Below are positions 1 through 8,427 of a stretch of DNA of 64,000 nucleotides, one piece after another. The notes below the pieces were generated by a model, which ran no database searches, was not told where the DNA came from, and worked only from the letters and a program-made list of their open reading frames with translations. The DNA is from an uncultured Thermoleophilia bacterium (lineage in GTDB: Bacteria; Actinomycetota; Thermoleophilia; Gaiellales; Gaiellaceae). Position 1 is the stretch's first letter; each line of letters starts with the position of its first letter. The stretch lies in assembly GCA_963846895.1 (NCBI GenBank), contig CAWJXR010000002.1, forward strand, positions 11,889 to 75,888. The letters are read 5' to 3'. A program made the translations under genes and the position numbers.

Positions 1-227
1 GATCGACGTGCCCGCGGAGGCGAACTGGACCCGGCGCAGGTCGGGGTTGGCGTACACGCCGTGCATCGCGGCCAACGATTCCTTGAGGCGACCCCGGAGC
101 GTGCGCACGCGCGGGACAATGGCACTGTTTGACAAAGAGTGGAAGCCCGATGGAAGATTTCACTCCCGCCCACCGTCTTGTGGGCGTCAACCGCAAGAGC
201 GGGTCAACGGTTTCAAGGAGGCTTCAA

Positions 228-377
228 GTGTCGGAAGATCAGGACAAGTCGGCTGAAGAGTTGGAGACCGAAGACAACGACGTCGAGGCGCATCAGCTCG
301 GCGGGAAGGACGCGGAGCGCGACCAGCTGGGCGGCAAGGACGCCGAGCGTGAGCAGCTTGGCGGGCGCGACGCTTAA
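228..377 (+). CDS. small acidic hypothetical protein with decapeptide repeats (HQLGGKDAER / DQLGGKDAER / EQLGGRDA)
   Basis: GTG at 228 lies 6 nt after AAGGAGG (215-221) and is in frame with ORF 129..377. Three tandem 30-nt units span 291-377. A perfect hairpin follows the stop. Confidence 0.5.
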   Translation: MSEDQDKSAEELETEDNDVEAHQLGGKDAERDQLGGKDAEREQLGGRDA

Positions 378-402
378 AGAAGTTCCGCTCGAGGTAGACA
401 AC

Positions 403-425
403 GAGGGCCCGCATCGCGGGCCCTC
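403..425. terminator. bidirectional stem-loop terminator between convergent genes
   Basis: GAGGGCCCGC-atc-GCGGGCCCTC, a perfect 10-bp stem with a 3-nt loop. It sits between the stops at 377 (+) and 441 (-). Confidence 0.55.
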
Positions 426-440
426 GGTCGTTCTGGAGGT

Positions 441-1076
441 CTAACCGTCGAGAACCCGGGCGAGCGCGTCGAGCAACGACGCGGCGGCCTCCCGGCGGTC
501 GCCGTCGAGTGCCTCGAGCGCCGCCGCCACCTTCGCGACGGCGGCAGCGTCGCCCGCGCCTTCGAGCGCGAGGCGCGCACGGCGTGCCGAGCCGAGCAGT
601 GCGAGTGCGATCGCAGCCTGGTTCGCGAAGAGGCCGAGCAACTCCATCTCCTGCAGCGAGAAGCGCGCGTTCTCCGGACGGTCGAGCACCTGCAGGACGC
701 CGAGCACCTCCTCGTCGTCGAGCAGCGGCACGGCCATCATTCCCTGAGGCACGTACCCGGTCCCCTCGGCGACGTCACGGGCGAACCGCGGATCCTTTTG
801 GACGTCGGCCAGGACGAGCGGCGTGCGGGACGAAAGCACCCAACCTGCGATCCCGGCCGACGAAGACATGCGGCGCCCGACGAGATGCTGCTCGTCCTCG
901 CCTGCGACGGCGGCGAAGACCAGCTCGTCCGACTCGTCGTCGAACAGGAAGATCGACGACGCCTTGGCCGCGAAGATCGCGCGTGCCACCTCGACGACCG
1001 ACCGCAGCAGGCGCGCGAACTGCTCCTCGGAGGCGAGCACGCCGGCCGCAACCGCCGCCTCGAACCGTTCGGTCAT
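441..1076 (-). CDS. GAF domain-containing protein
   Basis: ORF 441..1235 trimmed to ATG 1076, which forms an ATGA overlap with the upstream stop. GAF-like core: IFLFDDESDELVFAAVAGE...GIAGWVLSSRTPLVLADVQKDPRF...MMAVPLL. Confidence 0.8.
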   Translation of the reverse strand: MTERFEAAVAAGVLASEEQFARLLRSVVEVARAIFAAKASSIFLFDDESDELVFAAVAGEDEQHLVGRRMSSSAGIAGWVLSSRTPLVLADVQKDPRFARDVAEGTGYVPQGMMAVPLLDDEEVLGVLQVLDRPENARFSLQEMELLGLFANQAAIALALLGSARRARLALEGAGDAAAVAKVAAALEALDGDRREAAASLLDALARVLDG

Positions 1077-1891
1077 GTCCCACCCCCTACGTTGGCGGAC
1101 GTCAGATACAGCACGGTCTTGAGCTGGAAGGGTGTCAGGCCGGGATGCTTGCTCAAAACGAGTGCGGCGATCCCGGAGATGCACGGCGTCGCGAAGCTGT
1201 TGCCACTCGCGGTCATCGTCTCTCCGCCGAGCCACGCAACCTCGACGTCGACGCCGTGCGCGAAGAACTCGACCGGCGGGTCCGGATTCGCGTAGTAGAG
1301 AAGCGGATCGGGCTCCTCATGGCTGCCCACGGAGAGCACCGACGAGAACCTCCACGGGTACGACTCGACGGGCATGTTGTGCGCGGAGGCGACGAGGATC
1401 GTTCCCCGGAAGTACGCGGTGTCGGCCAGCTCGTGCAGGAGGTCGCCGAACTCCTTCTTCGTCGTGGAGAGGCTCATGTTGACGACGTCGTAGCCCTGGG
1501 CGACCGCCCAGCGGAGGCCGGCGAGGAGCACCCGTCCGCTGCCCGAGAAGCCTGCCCCGAGGACGCGGACCGAGTACAGCTCGGCCTCCGGAGCGATCGA
1601 GCGGATGACGCCGGCACACGCGGTGCCGTGCCCGCAGAGATCGCCTTCTGTGTCCTCGGTCGCGATCGGGCCGCCGTCCTCGTCGAGGGCGATCGACACG
1701 GCACCCGCCAGCTCGCCGACCCGCGGATGACCGCGTTCGACGCCGCTGTCGAGGATGCAGACCTTGACTCCCTTTCCGGTGGCGCCGCCCATCGCCCACT
1801 CGCGGTCGACGCGCTCGGGCAGCGGGTTTTCCATCGCGATCCGGCCGACTGCGTCCTGCGGGAGCGACCAGGCGGGGATCGCTTCGCTCAA
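1073..1891 (-). CDS. S8 family (subtilisin-like) serine peptidase
   Basis: Catalytic triad motifs: Asp (CILDSGV), His (HGTACAGV) and Ser (SGNSFATP). TTGA overlap with the upstream gene. No obvious signal peptide. Confidence 0.85.
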   Translation of the reverse strand: MSEAIPAWSLPQDAVGRIAMENPLPERVDREWAMGGATGKGVKVCILDSGVERGHPRVGELAGAVSIALDEDGGPIATEDTEGDLCGHGTACAGVIRSIAPEAELYSVRVLGAGFSGSGRVLLAGLRWAVAQGYDVVNMSLSTTKKEFGDLLHELADTAYFRGTILVASAHNMPVESYPWRFSSVLSVGSHEEPDPLLYYANPDPPVEFFAHGVDVEVAWLGGETMTASGNSFATPCISGIAALVLSKHPGLTPFQLKTVLYLTSANVGGGT

Positions 1892-2466
1892 TGCGACCCC
1901 GCCGGCAGGGTGAACTGCGCCGCGTCGGAGGCTGTCCGGGCGGCCGCCCGAGCTCTCGCCGCACGGGGATCGTCGCTCGCGACGGCGAGGTTCACCTCGA
2001 CGAGCCGAACGGCTGCGTGCGCTGCGGCTGCGGCGAGCACGGCCGCCACTCCTGCGTCGGGCTGAGCGTCCGGCTCGGCGGTCCGGGCCAGCTCGCCGGC
2101 GAGCGCGGCGACGTCCGAGCAGGCCTCGGCAATCTCGAGCGGGATCGCCGAAGCCCGGTCGAGCGCGAGCCCGAGGTTGAAGTCGCGTCGCTCGTCACCG
2201 CCGTCGGCGGCCTCGGCCAGAGCTTGCCGCGCCGTCGAGAACGCCTGGGCGTCGGTCGGCGCGAGCTCGGCGAGTCGAGACTGGAGCATCGACGCTTGCG
2301 CGGCGAACCCGTCCTGGCCCGAGATCCGGGCGACCTTGACCGTCACGGCCGCCGCGATCGCGCCGACGAGCGCCGCGGCCGAGCCGCCGGCCGGAGCTGC
2401 GTCGCGAGTCGCCAGCGCGTCGAGCGCGCCTCGAAGATCGAGACCGAGGTCGGCTCCGCCGGACAC
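1888..2466 (-). CDS. cyclodeaminase/cyclohydrolase family protein (FTCD C-terminal-like)
   Basis: All-helical, Ala-rich protein with AAPAGGSAAALVGAIAAA, resembling the PxPGGGS(V/A)AAL signature of the FTCD_C family. Confidence 0.65.
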   Translation of the reverse strand: MSGGADLGLDLRGALDALATRDAAPAGGSAAALVGAIAAAVTVKVARISGQDGFAAQASMLQSRLAELAPTDAQAFSTARQALAEAADGGDERRDFNLGLALDRASAIPLEIAEACSDVAALAGELARTAEPDAQPDAGVAAVLAAAAAHAAVRLVEVNLAVASDDPRAARARAAARTASDAAQFTLPAGSH

Positions 2467-2469
2467 GAG

Positions 2470-2730
2470 CTACTGCCCGAGGAGCAGGCGGGCTTCGGCG
2501 AGGATGCGCGGAGTCGGGCTGATGCCCGACTCCGCCAGCGCCGATTCGAGGTCCGCGACGAGCCGCGCGCGAAGGTGGGCGTCTGCCTCAGCGCGGACGA
2601 TCAGATCGTCCAGCTCAGCCCGCACGCGTGGGAGCTCCTGAGCCGCCGACACCCACCCCAGAGGGGGCGGCGGCAGTGCGCCGATCAGGCGCGCCAGGCT
2701 CTCAATGTCGTAGTTCGTCACTCGAATCAC
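2470..2730 (-). CDS. hypothetical protein, possible cognate partner or anti-sigma of the upstream ECF sigma
   Basis: 86-aa ORF with no TM segment. Its GTG start overlaps the sigma stop (GTGA). The function is inferred from position only. Confidence 0.4.
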   Translation of the reverse strand: MIRVTNYDIESLARLIGALPPPPLGWVSAAQELPRVRAELDDLIVRAEADAHLRARLVADLESALAESGISPTPRILAEARLLLGQ

Positions 2731-3284
2731 CCGTCTACTGGACGTGGGGCCGCGTCGGGATCTTCCATCGCGGTCTTCAACTTTTCCAGACAGCGCGAAA
2801 TCCGGCTCGCGATCGTGCCCGAGGGCAGGTCGAGAGCTTCTCCGATCGTCTTGTAACTCTCGTCACGAGCGAAGAACCGGTCGAGGATCTCCTGGCAGCT
2901 CTCGGGGAGGGTGGCCATCACCTCGCGCACCGTGAGCGCGTCGTCGAGCTCGCCGAGCCGGTCGTCGACGCCCGGGGGCTCGACCTCCTCCGAGGCGTCC
3001 TCCCTGGAGCTACGCAGGTGGTCGACGCACGTCCGGCGCGTCAACTGCCCGATCCAGGGCCGAAACGCGGCGTCGTCGCGCAGCCGGCCGAGCTGCTGGT
3101 AGACCTTGGTGAAGACGTCCTGGAACACGTCCTCTGCGTCCTCGGAGGAGAACCGGAACCCCTGGACGCAGATTGCATAGACGTAGCGCGAGAAGCGCGA
3201 GACGAGCTCGTTCCAGGCTTCGTCGTCGCCCGAGCGGCAGCGCGCGACGAGCGCCGTGTCGGTCAGTTCCGTCGTGCCTTGCAC
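2727..3284 (-). CDS. ECF-type RNA polymerase sigma-70 factor
   Basis: Region 2 (DAEDVFQDVFTKVY, RPWIGQLTRR) and region 4 HTH (ESYKTIGEALDLPSGTIASRISRCLEKL). Confidence 0.85.
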   Translation of the reverse strand: MQGTTELTDTALVARCRSGDDEAWNELVSRFSRYVYAICVQGFRFSSEDAEDVFQDVFTKVYQQLGRLRDDAAFRPWIGQLTRRTCVDHLRSSREDASEEVEPPGVDDRLGELDDALTVREVMATLPESCQEILDRFFARDESYKTIGEALDLPSGTIASRISRCLEKLKTAMEDPDAAPRPVDG

Positions 3285-3306
3285 TCGCCGATCTTATGCT
3301 TGATGC

Positions 3307-4362
3307 ATGACCGAGATAAGCCTCGAGGAGTTGCAGCTCGCGGCGCGGAACCACGGCATGCCGCTCGAGACGCTGCGCGAGCCGATCACCCCGGTCGGGC
3401 TTCACTACCTGTTGATCCACTACGACATCCCGGCTGTTGATCCCGAGTCGTGGCGTCTGACGGTCGACGGGCTCGTCGAGCGGCCGCTCGAACTGACGCT
3501 CGGAGCGCTGCGTGACCGCCCGCCGCACGAGGTTGTGGCGACGATGGAGTGCGCGGGGAACGGCCGGGCGAAGCTCGAGCCGCATGTGGTCAGCCAGCCG
3601 TGGCTCCTGGAGGCGGTCGGCACCGGCCGCTGGGCGGGCGTCAGGCTGCGCGACCTCCTCGACGAGGCCGGCGTGGCCGAGGCAGCCCACGAGGTGCTGT
3701 TCACGGGCCTCGACCGCGGGATCGAGAACGGCGAGGAGCAGTGGTTCCAGCGCAGCCTCCCGCTCGACGAGGCGTTCCGTGACGAGGTGATCCTCGCCTA
3801 CGACCTGAACGGCGCGCCGCTCCCGCCCCAGCACGGCTTCCCGCTTCGGCTGTTCGTCCCTGGCTGGTACGGGATGACGAACGTCAAGTGGCTGACGCGG
3901 ATCAGCGTGATCGACGAGCCGTTCCGCGGCTACCAGCAGGCGAAGGGCTACCGCCTGCGGCTGGATCCCGATGAGCCGGGCGAGCCGCTCGCGCGCATCC
4001 GCCCGCGATCGCTGCTCGAGCCGCCCGGGATCCCCGAGTTCATGACGCGCGAGCGGACGATGGCGGTCGGCCCTTGCCGGCTGGCGGGCCGTGCCTGGTC
4101 GGGCCAGGCGCCGATCGCCGGCGTCGACGTCAGCGTCGACGGAGGACGGACCTGGGAGTCGGCGTTGCTCGAGCCCGACGAGTTCGGCCCGTGGGCGTGG
4201 CGGCGGTTCACGTTCGACTGGGCGCCGAGCGCCGCGGGACGCTACGAGCTGTGCTGCCGCGCACGCGACGAAGCCGGGAACGTGCAACCCCGCGAGCCGG
4301 CGTGGAACGTCGGCGGCTACGCGAACAACGCGATCCAGCGCATCGTCGTCAACGTCGGCTGA
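3307..4362 (+). CDS. sulfite oxidase-like molybdopterin-dependent oxidoreductase
   Basis: Mo-ligand Cys motif (TMECAGNGR), the WYGMTNVKWL motif and a C-terminal Ig-like dimerisation domain. Only 22 bp separate it from the divergent sigma start. Confidence 0.85.
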   Translation: MTEISLEELQLAARNHGMPLETLREPITPVGLHYLLIHYDIPAVDPESWRLTVDGLVERPLELTLGALRDRPPHEVVATMECAGNGRAKLEPHVVSQPWLLEAVGTGRWAGVRLRDLLDEAGVAEAAHEVLFTGLDRGIENGEEQWFQRSLPLDEAFRDEVILAYDLNGAPLPPQHGFPLRLFVPGWYGMTNVKWLTRISVIDEPFRGYQQAKGYRLRLDPDEPGEPLARIRPRSLLEPPGIPEFMTRERTMAVGPCRLAGRAWSGQAPIAGVDVSVDGGRTWESALLEPDEFGPWAWRRFTFDWAPSAAGRYELCCRARDEAGNVQPREPAWNVGGYANNAIQRIVVNVG

Positions 4363-4460
4363 GCCACGGCTCAGCACGAGGCAACCCGAACGTCTAGGTT
4401 TCGGCAGCTTTCGGGCGATAACGCTCAAGTTTCAACCGGGTTGGCCGAAATCTGTGGCCT

Positions 4461-4661
4461 ATGGCGACGGCAGCAAGACTCACCACAGACGAGGCCGCTT
4501 GGGCCCCCGAGCCCGGTTGGGCTCGCGAGGACTTCGAGCGCCTGAACGAAGACGAAGCAACAGCAATCCTCCTGCGGCGGATGCGCAAGCTTCTGGCCCG
4601 CGGTTTCGAGCCTCTCGACGCGTTGCGGCTTGCGTCGAAACTCGACACGCCGCTCTTCTAA
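4461..4661 (+). CDS. hypothetical small protein
   Basis: 66-aa ORF with an ATG start, followed by a strong hairpin. I recognise no domain. Confidence 0.35.
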   Translation: MATAARLTTDEAAWAPEPGWAREDFERLNEDEATAILLRRMRKLLARGFEPLDALRLASKLDTPLF

Positions 4662-4673
4662 GGCCAGGAGCAG

Positions 4674-4704
4674 CCGGAGAGCCCCTTGGGCGGGGGCTCT
4701 CCGG
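4674..4704. terminator. bidirectional stem-loop terminator
   Basis: CCGGAGAGCCCC-ttgggcg-GGGGCTCTCCGG, a perfect 12-bp stem between the convergent stops at 4661 (+) and 4716 (-). Confidence 0.6.
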
Positions 4705-4715
4705 ATACGCATGTC

Positions 4716-5138
4716 CTAAGTCAGGGTGATCTCGTCGCCGACGGCGATCGTGCCGTCGTTCAGCACGTCGGCGTTCAGGCCCGCACGATGCGCGAGGTCC
4801 TTGATGATCCCGGGTCGCGTCATGGCCTCGAGGTGTGCACACGGCTCGCAGAGCTCGATGCCGACACACTCGATCGAGCCGACCCGGAATCGCTTGCCGA
4901 CGAGGTCGTTCAGCCGGACGCCGCGAACCGTTACCTGGCGGCGGGTCGCGCCGGGCGCGAGTCCGACGCGCTCCACTTCTTCTGCCTCGACCAGCGTCAG
5001 TGCCTGGCCGGGGAGCGCGCCGTCGGCGTGGAAATGCCGGTCGCCGATCATGCCCTTCCCCGCGACGACCGCGACAGCGTCGACCTCGCGCAGCTCTGCG
5101 ACGCCTTCGTCGCCGACGTGAATCCGCTCGACGATCAC
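4716..5138 (-). CDS. MOSC domain-containing protein
   Basis: 140 aa with a beta-barrel MOSC-like sequence, including the conserved Cys context IELCEPCAHLE. Confidence 0.75.
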   Translation of the reverse strand: MIVERIHVGDEGVAELREVDAVAVVAGKGMIGDRHFHADGALPGQALTLVEAEEVERVGLAPGATRRQVTVRGVRLNDLVGKRFRVGSIECVGIELCEPCAHLEAMTRPGIIKDLAHRAGLNADVLNDGTIAVGDEITLT

Positions 5139-5141
5139 GCG

Positions 5142-5435
5142 CTAGCCGGCGCGCCAGCTCTCGCGCTTGCGCGAGCGCAGCATCGCCCCGGTGGCGGAGC
5201 CGAGAATCAGCAGCACGACGGCGCCGCCCAGGGCGACCCCGATGATGATCGGAGTCCGGTGCGTCTTCGTGGTGGTCGTCGTCGGCCCACTTGCGAGCGT
5301 CGTGCTGTGGAGCTCGGAATCCTGGGAGCTGAGGTTGCTCGACTCGTTGTCGACGCGGTGCCCGATCGCGTAGGCGCCGAACCCGACCGCGCCGAGGACG
5401 AGCAAGATCAGGAAGCCGTCGATCAAGCGCCTCAT
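5142..5435 (-). CDS. small membrane protein (two TM segments, Thr-rich loop)
   Basis: ORF 5142..5501 trimmed to ATG 5435 (MRRLIDGFLILLVLGAVGFGAY...). A second TM is IIIGVALGGAVVLLILG. No domain recognised. Confidence 0.45.
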   Translation of the reverse strand: MRRLIDGFLILLVLGAVGFGAYAIGHRVDNESSNLSSQDSELHSTTLASGPTTTTTKTHRTPIIIGVALGGAVVLLILGSATGAMLRSRKRESWRAG

Positions 5436-5490
5436 CCCTGAAACCGTATCGAGCGAGCCTGACGGCGACATCACCCGTCCGAGTGCCGGC

Positions 5491-5530
5491 GTCTGACACA
5501 CGTCTGACTGGAGTCAGACTCGAGTCAGAC
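5491..5530. promoter_or_regulatory. operator-like array 1: four GTCWGAC palindromic heptamers at exact 11-bp spacing
   Basis: GTCTGAC at 5491 and 5502, GTCAGAC at 5513 and 5524. The array is itself a dyad. It lies 56-95 bp upstream of the start at 5435 (-). Confidence 0.6.
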
Positions 5531-5684
5531 GTGAGGGCCCGGTCTGCAGCCGCGAAACGCAGGGCCGAACCTCGGCGTTTATCTGTTTCAACAAATATTC
5601 TCCGGAGCGGCGCGAACCCGCGTCCACGCTGGGATCGCGGTTCATCCGTCACACTTTCATTCGAACCTGGTCGCACTTCGTTGT

Positions 5685-5713
5685 GTCAGACGTGAGTCTG
5701 ACTCGAGTCAGAC
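5685..5713. promoter_or_regulatory. operator-like array 2: three GTCWGAC heptamers at exact 11-bp spacing
   Basis: GTCAGAC at 5685, GTCTGAC at 5696, GTCAGAC at 5707. It ends 47 bp upstream of the MFS start at 5760. It shares the core GAGTC(A/T)GACTCGAGTCAGACG with array 1, differing at one base (the central W of the first heptamer). Confidence 0.6.
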
Positions 5714-5759
5714 GCAGGCGGTTCAAGGAGCGAGGCCCACTCAGGTAGAACGAGCCACC

Positions 5760-6992
5760 GTGCTGCCGCCGCTCCTGCGTGGAAATCCGAACTTTCGCCG
5801 GTTCTTCGTGGGGCAGTCGGTCTCGCTCATCGGCGACCAGATCACGGCGATCGCCCTCCCGCTGACCGCCGTGCTCGCGCTGGACGCGACGCCGGGCCAG
5901 ATGGGCCTGCTGACGACGGCCTACCTGATCCCGAACCTGCTCTTCTCGCTCCACGCAGGCGACTGGGTCGACCATCGCGGCCGCCGGCGGAACGTGATGC
6001 TCGCGACCGACGTCGGCCGGGCGCTCCTGCTCGCATCGGTCCCGGTCGCCTACGCGCTCGGCCACCTCTCGTGGGCGCAGCTGTACATCGTCGCATTCGG
6101 GACCGGCTCGCTCAGCGTCCTCTTCTTCGTCGCCTACGGCGCGATGATCCAGATGATCGTTCCGCGCCAGGACTACGTTCAGGCCAACTCGCTCGTGCAC
6201 GGCAGCCGCGCGTTCTCGTTCCTCGCCGGCAACAGCGTCGGCGGTGCACTCGTGCAATTGCTGAGCGGGCCGTACGCGCTCGGCGTGGACGCGCTCTCGT
6301 TCATCTGGTCGGCGGTCTTCCTCGGCCGCATGCAAATCGACGAGCCGCCTGGTGCTCCCCGCGAATCCGGCGGGCTGATGCAGGGCGCACGCTGGATTCG
6401 CAACAACGCGATCATCCGTTCCGAGCTGCTCGGAGTCGCGACGCTGAACTTCTTCAACTTCATCTTCTTCGCGCTGTTCGTCCTCTACGCGACGCGGCAG
6501 CTCGACGTGGCCCCGGCCACGCTCGGGCTCGTGCTCGGCGTCGCCTCGATCGGGACGCTCGGCGGCTCATTCGTGACGGCACGGATCGCACGGCGCATCG
6601 GGATCGGGCGAACGTTCGCTCTCGGCTGCTTTCTCTTCCCCGCGCCGCTGATCCTCGTCCCGATCGCAGGCGGGCCCCACTGGCTCGTCATCGCGTGCCT
6701 GTTCGTCGCGGAGTTCTTCTCCGGCATCGGCCTGATGATGCTCGACATCATGGCGGGCACGATCAGCGCCGGTCTGGTACCGACACAACTTCGCTCGCGC
6801 GTCTCGGGCGCGTTCATGGTCGTCAACTACGGCGTCCGGCCGCTCGGCACGAGCGTCGCCGGCGTGCTCGGCGAGACGATCGGCCTGCGGCCGACGATGT
6901 GGATCGCGACCGTCGGCGCCGTGACGGGTCTCCTCTGGATACTGCCCTCGCCGATCATGTCGCTGCACGACATTCCCGCGGAGGCCGCATGA
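5760..6992 (+). CDS. MFS transporter
   Basis: 410 aa with about 12 predicted TM segments. N-terminus FRRFFVGQSVSLIGDQ is typical of enterobactin-exporter-like MFS_3 members. Confidence 0.85.
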   Translation: MLPPLLRGNPNFRRFFVGQSVSLIGDQITAIALPLTAVLALDATPGQMGLLTTAYLIPNLLFSLHAGDWVDHRGRRRNVMLATDVGRALLLASVPVAYALGHLSWAQLYIVAFGTGSLSVLFFVAYGAMIQMIVPRQDYVQANSLVHGSRAFSFLAGNSVGGALVQLLSGPYALGVDALSFIWSAVFLGRMQIDEPPGAPRESGGLMQGARWIRNNAIIRSELLGVATLNFFNFIFFALFVLYATRQLDVAPATLGLVLGVASIGTLGGSFVTARIARRIGIGRTFALGCFLFPAPLILVPIAGGPHWLVIACLFVAEFFSGIGLMMLDIMAGTISAGLVPTQLRSRVSGAFMVVNYGVRPLGTSVAGVLGETIGLRPTMWIATVGAVTGLLWILPSPIMSLHDIPAEAA

Positions 6993-7519
6993 CCCAGGAC
7001 CCCCTGAGCCTGTTTCGTGACTGGATCGAGACCGACGAGGTCGCGCTCGCGACCGCGACTGCGGGCGGCCGCCCGTCGGTGCGGATGGTCCTGCTGAAGT
7101 CCGCCGACGAGCACGGCTTCATGTTCTGCACGAACTACGAGTCCCGGAAAGGGCTCGACCTGCACGACAACCCCTACGCCGCCCTCCTCTTTCGCGAGCC
7201 CGGTCTGCAGGTCCGCATCGAGGGGCGCGTCGAGCGGGTGACGCCGGCCGAGTCCGACGCCTATTGGCAGTCCCGCCCGCCCGCGTCACGGCGCAGCGCC
7301 GCCGCGTCCCGCCAATCCCAGCCGATCGCCTCGCGCGCCGAGTTGGAGGACGCGGTTGCAGCCCAGCCCCCCGAGCCGGCGCGGCCGGCATGGTGGGGCT
7401 GCTATCGCCTCGTCCCGGAGACCTACGAGTTCTGGCGGCACCGCGAAGACCGTTTGCACGAACGTCACCTCTTTAGGCGATGCGACGACGGTTGGCAGAC
7501 GCTAATTCTGCAACCGTGA
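6989..7519 (+). CDS. pdxH: pyridoxamine 5'-phosphate oxidase
   Basis: ATG 6989 overlaps the MFS stop (ATGA). PNPOx motifs: RMVLLK...GFMFCTNYESRKG and C-terminal WWGCYRLVPETYEFWRHREDRLHER. Confidence 0.85.
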   Translation: MTQDPLSLFRDWIETDEVALATATAGGRPSVRMVLLKSADEHGFMFCTNYESRKGLDLHDNPYAALLFREPGLQVRIEGRVERVTPAESDAYWQSRPPASRRSAAASRQSQPIASRAELEDAVAAQPPEPARPAWWGCYRLVPETYEFWRHREDRLHERHLFRRCDDGWQTLILQP

Positions 7520-8427
7520 GGATCTTCGCCGCCTCGGTCGTCGCGCTGCTCGCCGTCTCGGTAGCGGGCGCCGCAGCACCGACGCCGACACTCGGCGGCT
7601 GCTCCGTCTTCCCGGCCACGAATGCCTGGAACCAGCGCGTCGACATGCTCCCGGTCGCGTCAGACTCGAGCACGATCATCGGGTCGATCGGCGTCGACAC
7701 CGGGGTGCATGCCGACTTCGGCTCCGGCACGTGGGACGGCTCCAAGATCGGCATCCCCTACGTCGTCGTGCACGGCAAGACGACGCCGAAGTCGCGCGTC
7801 ACGTTCGACTACGCGGACGAGAGCGACAAGGGGCCGTACCCGATTCCGGCCAACGTCCCGATCGAGGGCGGCAGCGACCACCACGCGCTGATCGTCGACC
7901 GCGACGGCTGCAAGCTCTACGAGCTGTACGCGCTGCAAAAGAGCGGCAGCCGCTGGGCGGCGGGCTCAGGCGCCATCTGGAGCCTGCGCTCGAACGCCCT
8001 CCGTCCGGCGACCTGGACCTCGGCCGACGCCGCCGGTCTCCCGATCCTGCCCGGGTTGGCACGGTGGGACGGCGACGCGTCGACCGGTCACATCGATCAC
8101 GCGCTCCGCTTCACGGTGCAACGCACGCGCAACACCTTCGTCTACCCCGCGCGTCACCAGGCTTCGAGCTCGAGCGATCCGTCGCTGCCGCCCATGGGGC
8201 TGCGCGTGCGGCTGAAGGCGGGCGTCAACATCTCGAAGCTGCCGCCGCAGGCACGCATCGTCGCGCAGGCGATGAAGACGTACGGGATGATCGTCGCCGA
8301 CAACGGCTCGAACTGGTACGTCACGGGCGCGCCGAGCCCGCACTGGTCGAACGACCAGCTGCACGCGCTAGGCGCGCTGCACGGTTCCGACTTCGAGGTC
8401 GTGGACACCTCGAAGCTGCGGCCGTAG
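7516..8427 (+). CDS. secreted hypothetical protein
   Basis: GTG 7516 overlaps the pdxH stop (GTGA). Signal-peptide-like N-terminus IFAASVVALLAVSVAGAAAP. No domain recognised. Confidence 0.55.
   Translation: MRIFAASVVALLAVSVAGAAAPTPTLGGCSVFPATNAWNQRVDMLPVASDSSTIIGSIGVDTGVHADFGSGTWDGSKIGIPYVVVHGKTTPKSRVTFDYADESDKGPYPIPANVPIEGGSDHHALIVDRDGCKLYELYALQKSGSRWAAGSGAIWSLRSNALRPATWTSADAAGLPILPGLARWDGDASTGHIDHALRFTVQRTRNTFVYPARHQASSSSDPSLPPMGLRVRLKAGVNISKLPPQARIVAQAMKTYGMIVADNGSNWYVTGAPSPHWSNDQLHALGALHGSDFEVVDTSKLRP

Noticed and set aside
509-2065. Long ORFs such as 509..2065 (+), 3010..4428 (-), 4480..5676 (-), 5649..6335 (-), 25357..26742 (+), 47233..49359 (-) and 58433..60724 (-).
   Set aside because: They are Arg/Pro/Ala/Gly-rich with no recognisable motifs, and each lies antisense or out of frame to an ORF with clear domain signatures. 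These are typical shadow ORFs of a 70% GC genome.
5483-5695. 70-aa ORF inside the heptamer-array intergenic region.
   Set aside because: It is Arg/Ser-rich with no RBS, and it is bounded by the palindromic arrays. More likely non-coding regulatory DNA or a leader.
7659-7670. An additional GTCAGACTCGAG match to the heptamer-array core inside the CDS 7516..8427.
   Set aside because: It is a single isolated copy in coding sequence (VASDSS). That is within chance expectation for a 7-mer in 64 kb.
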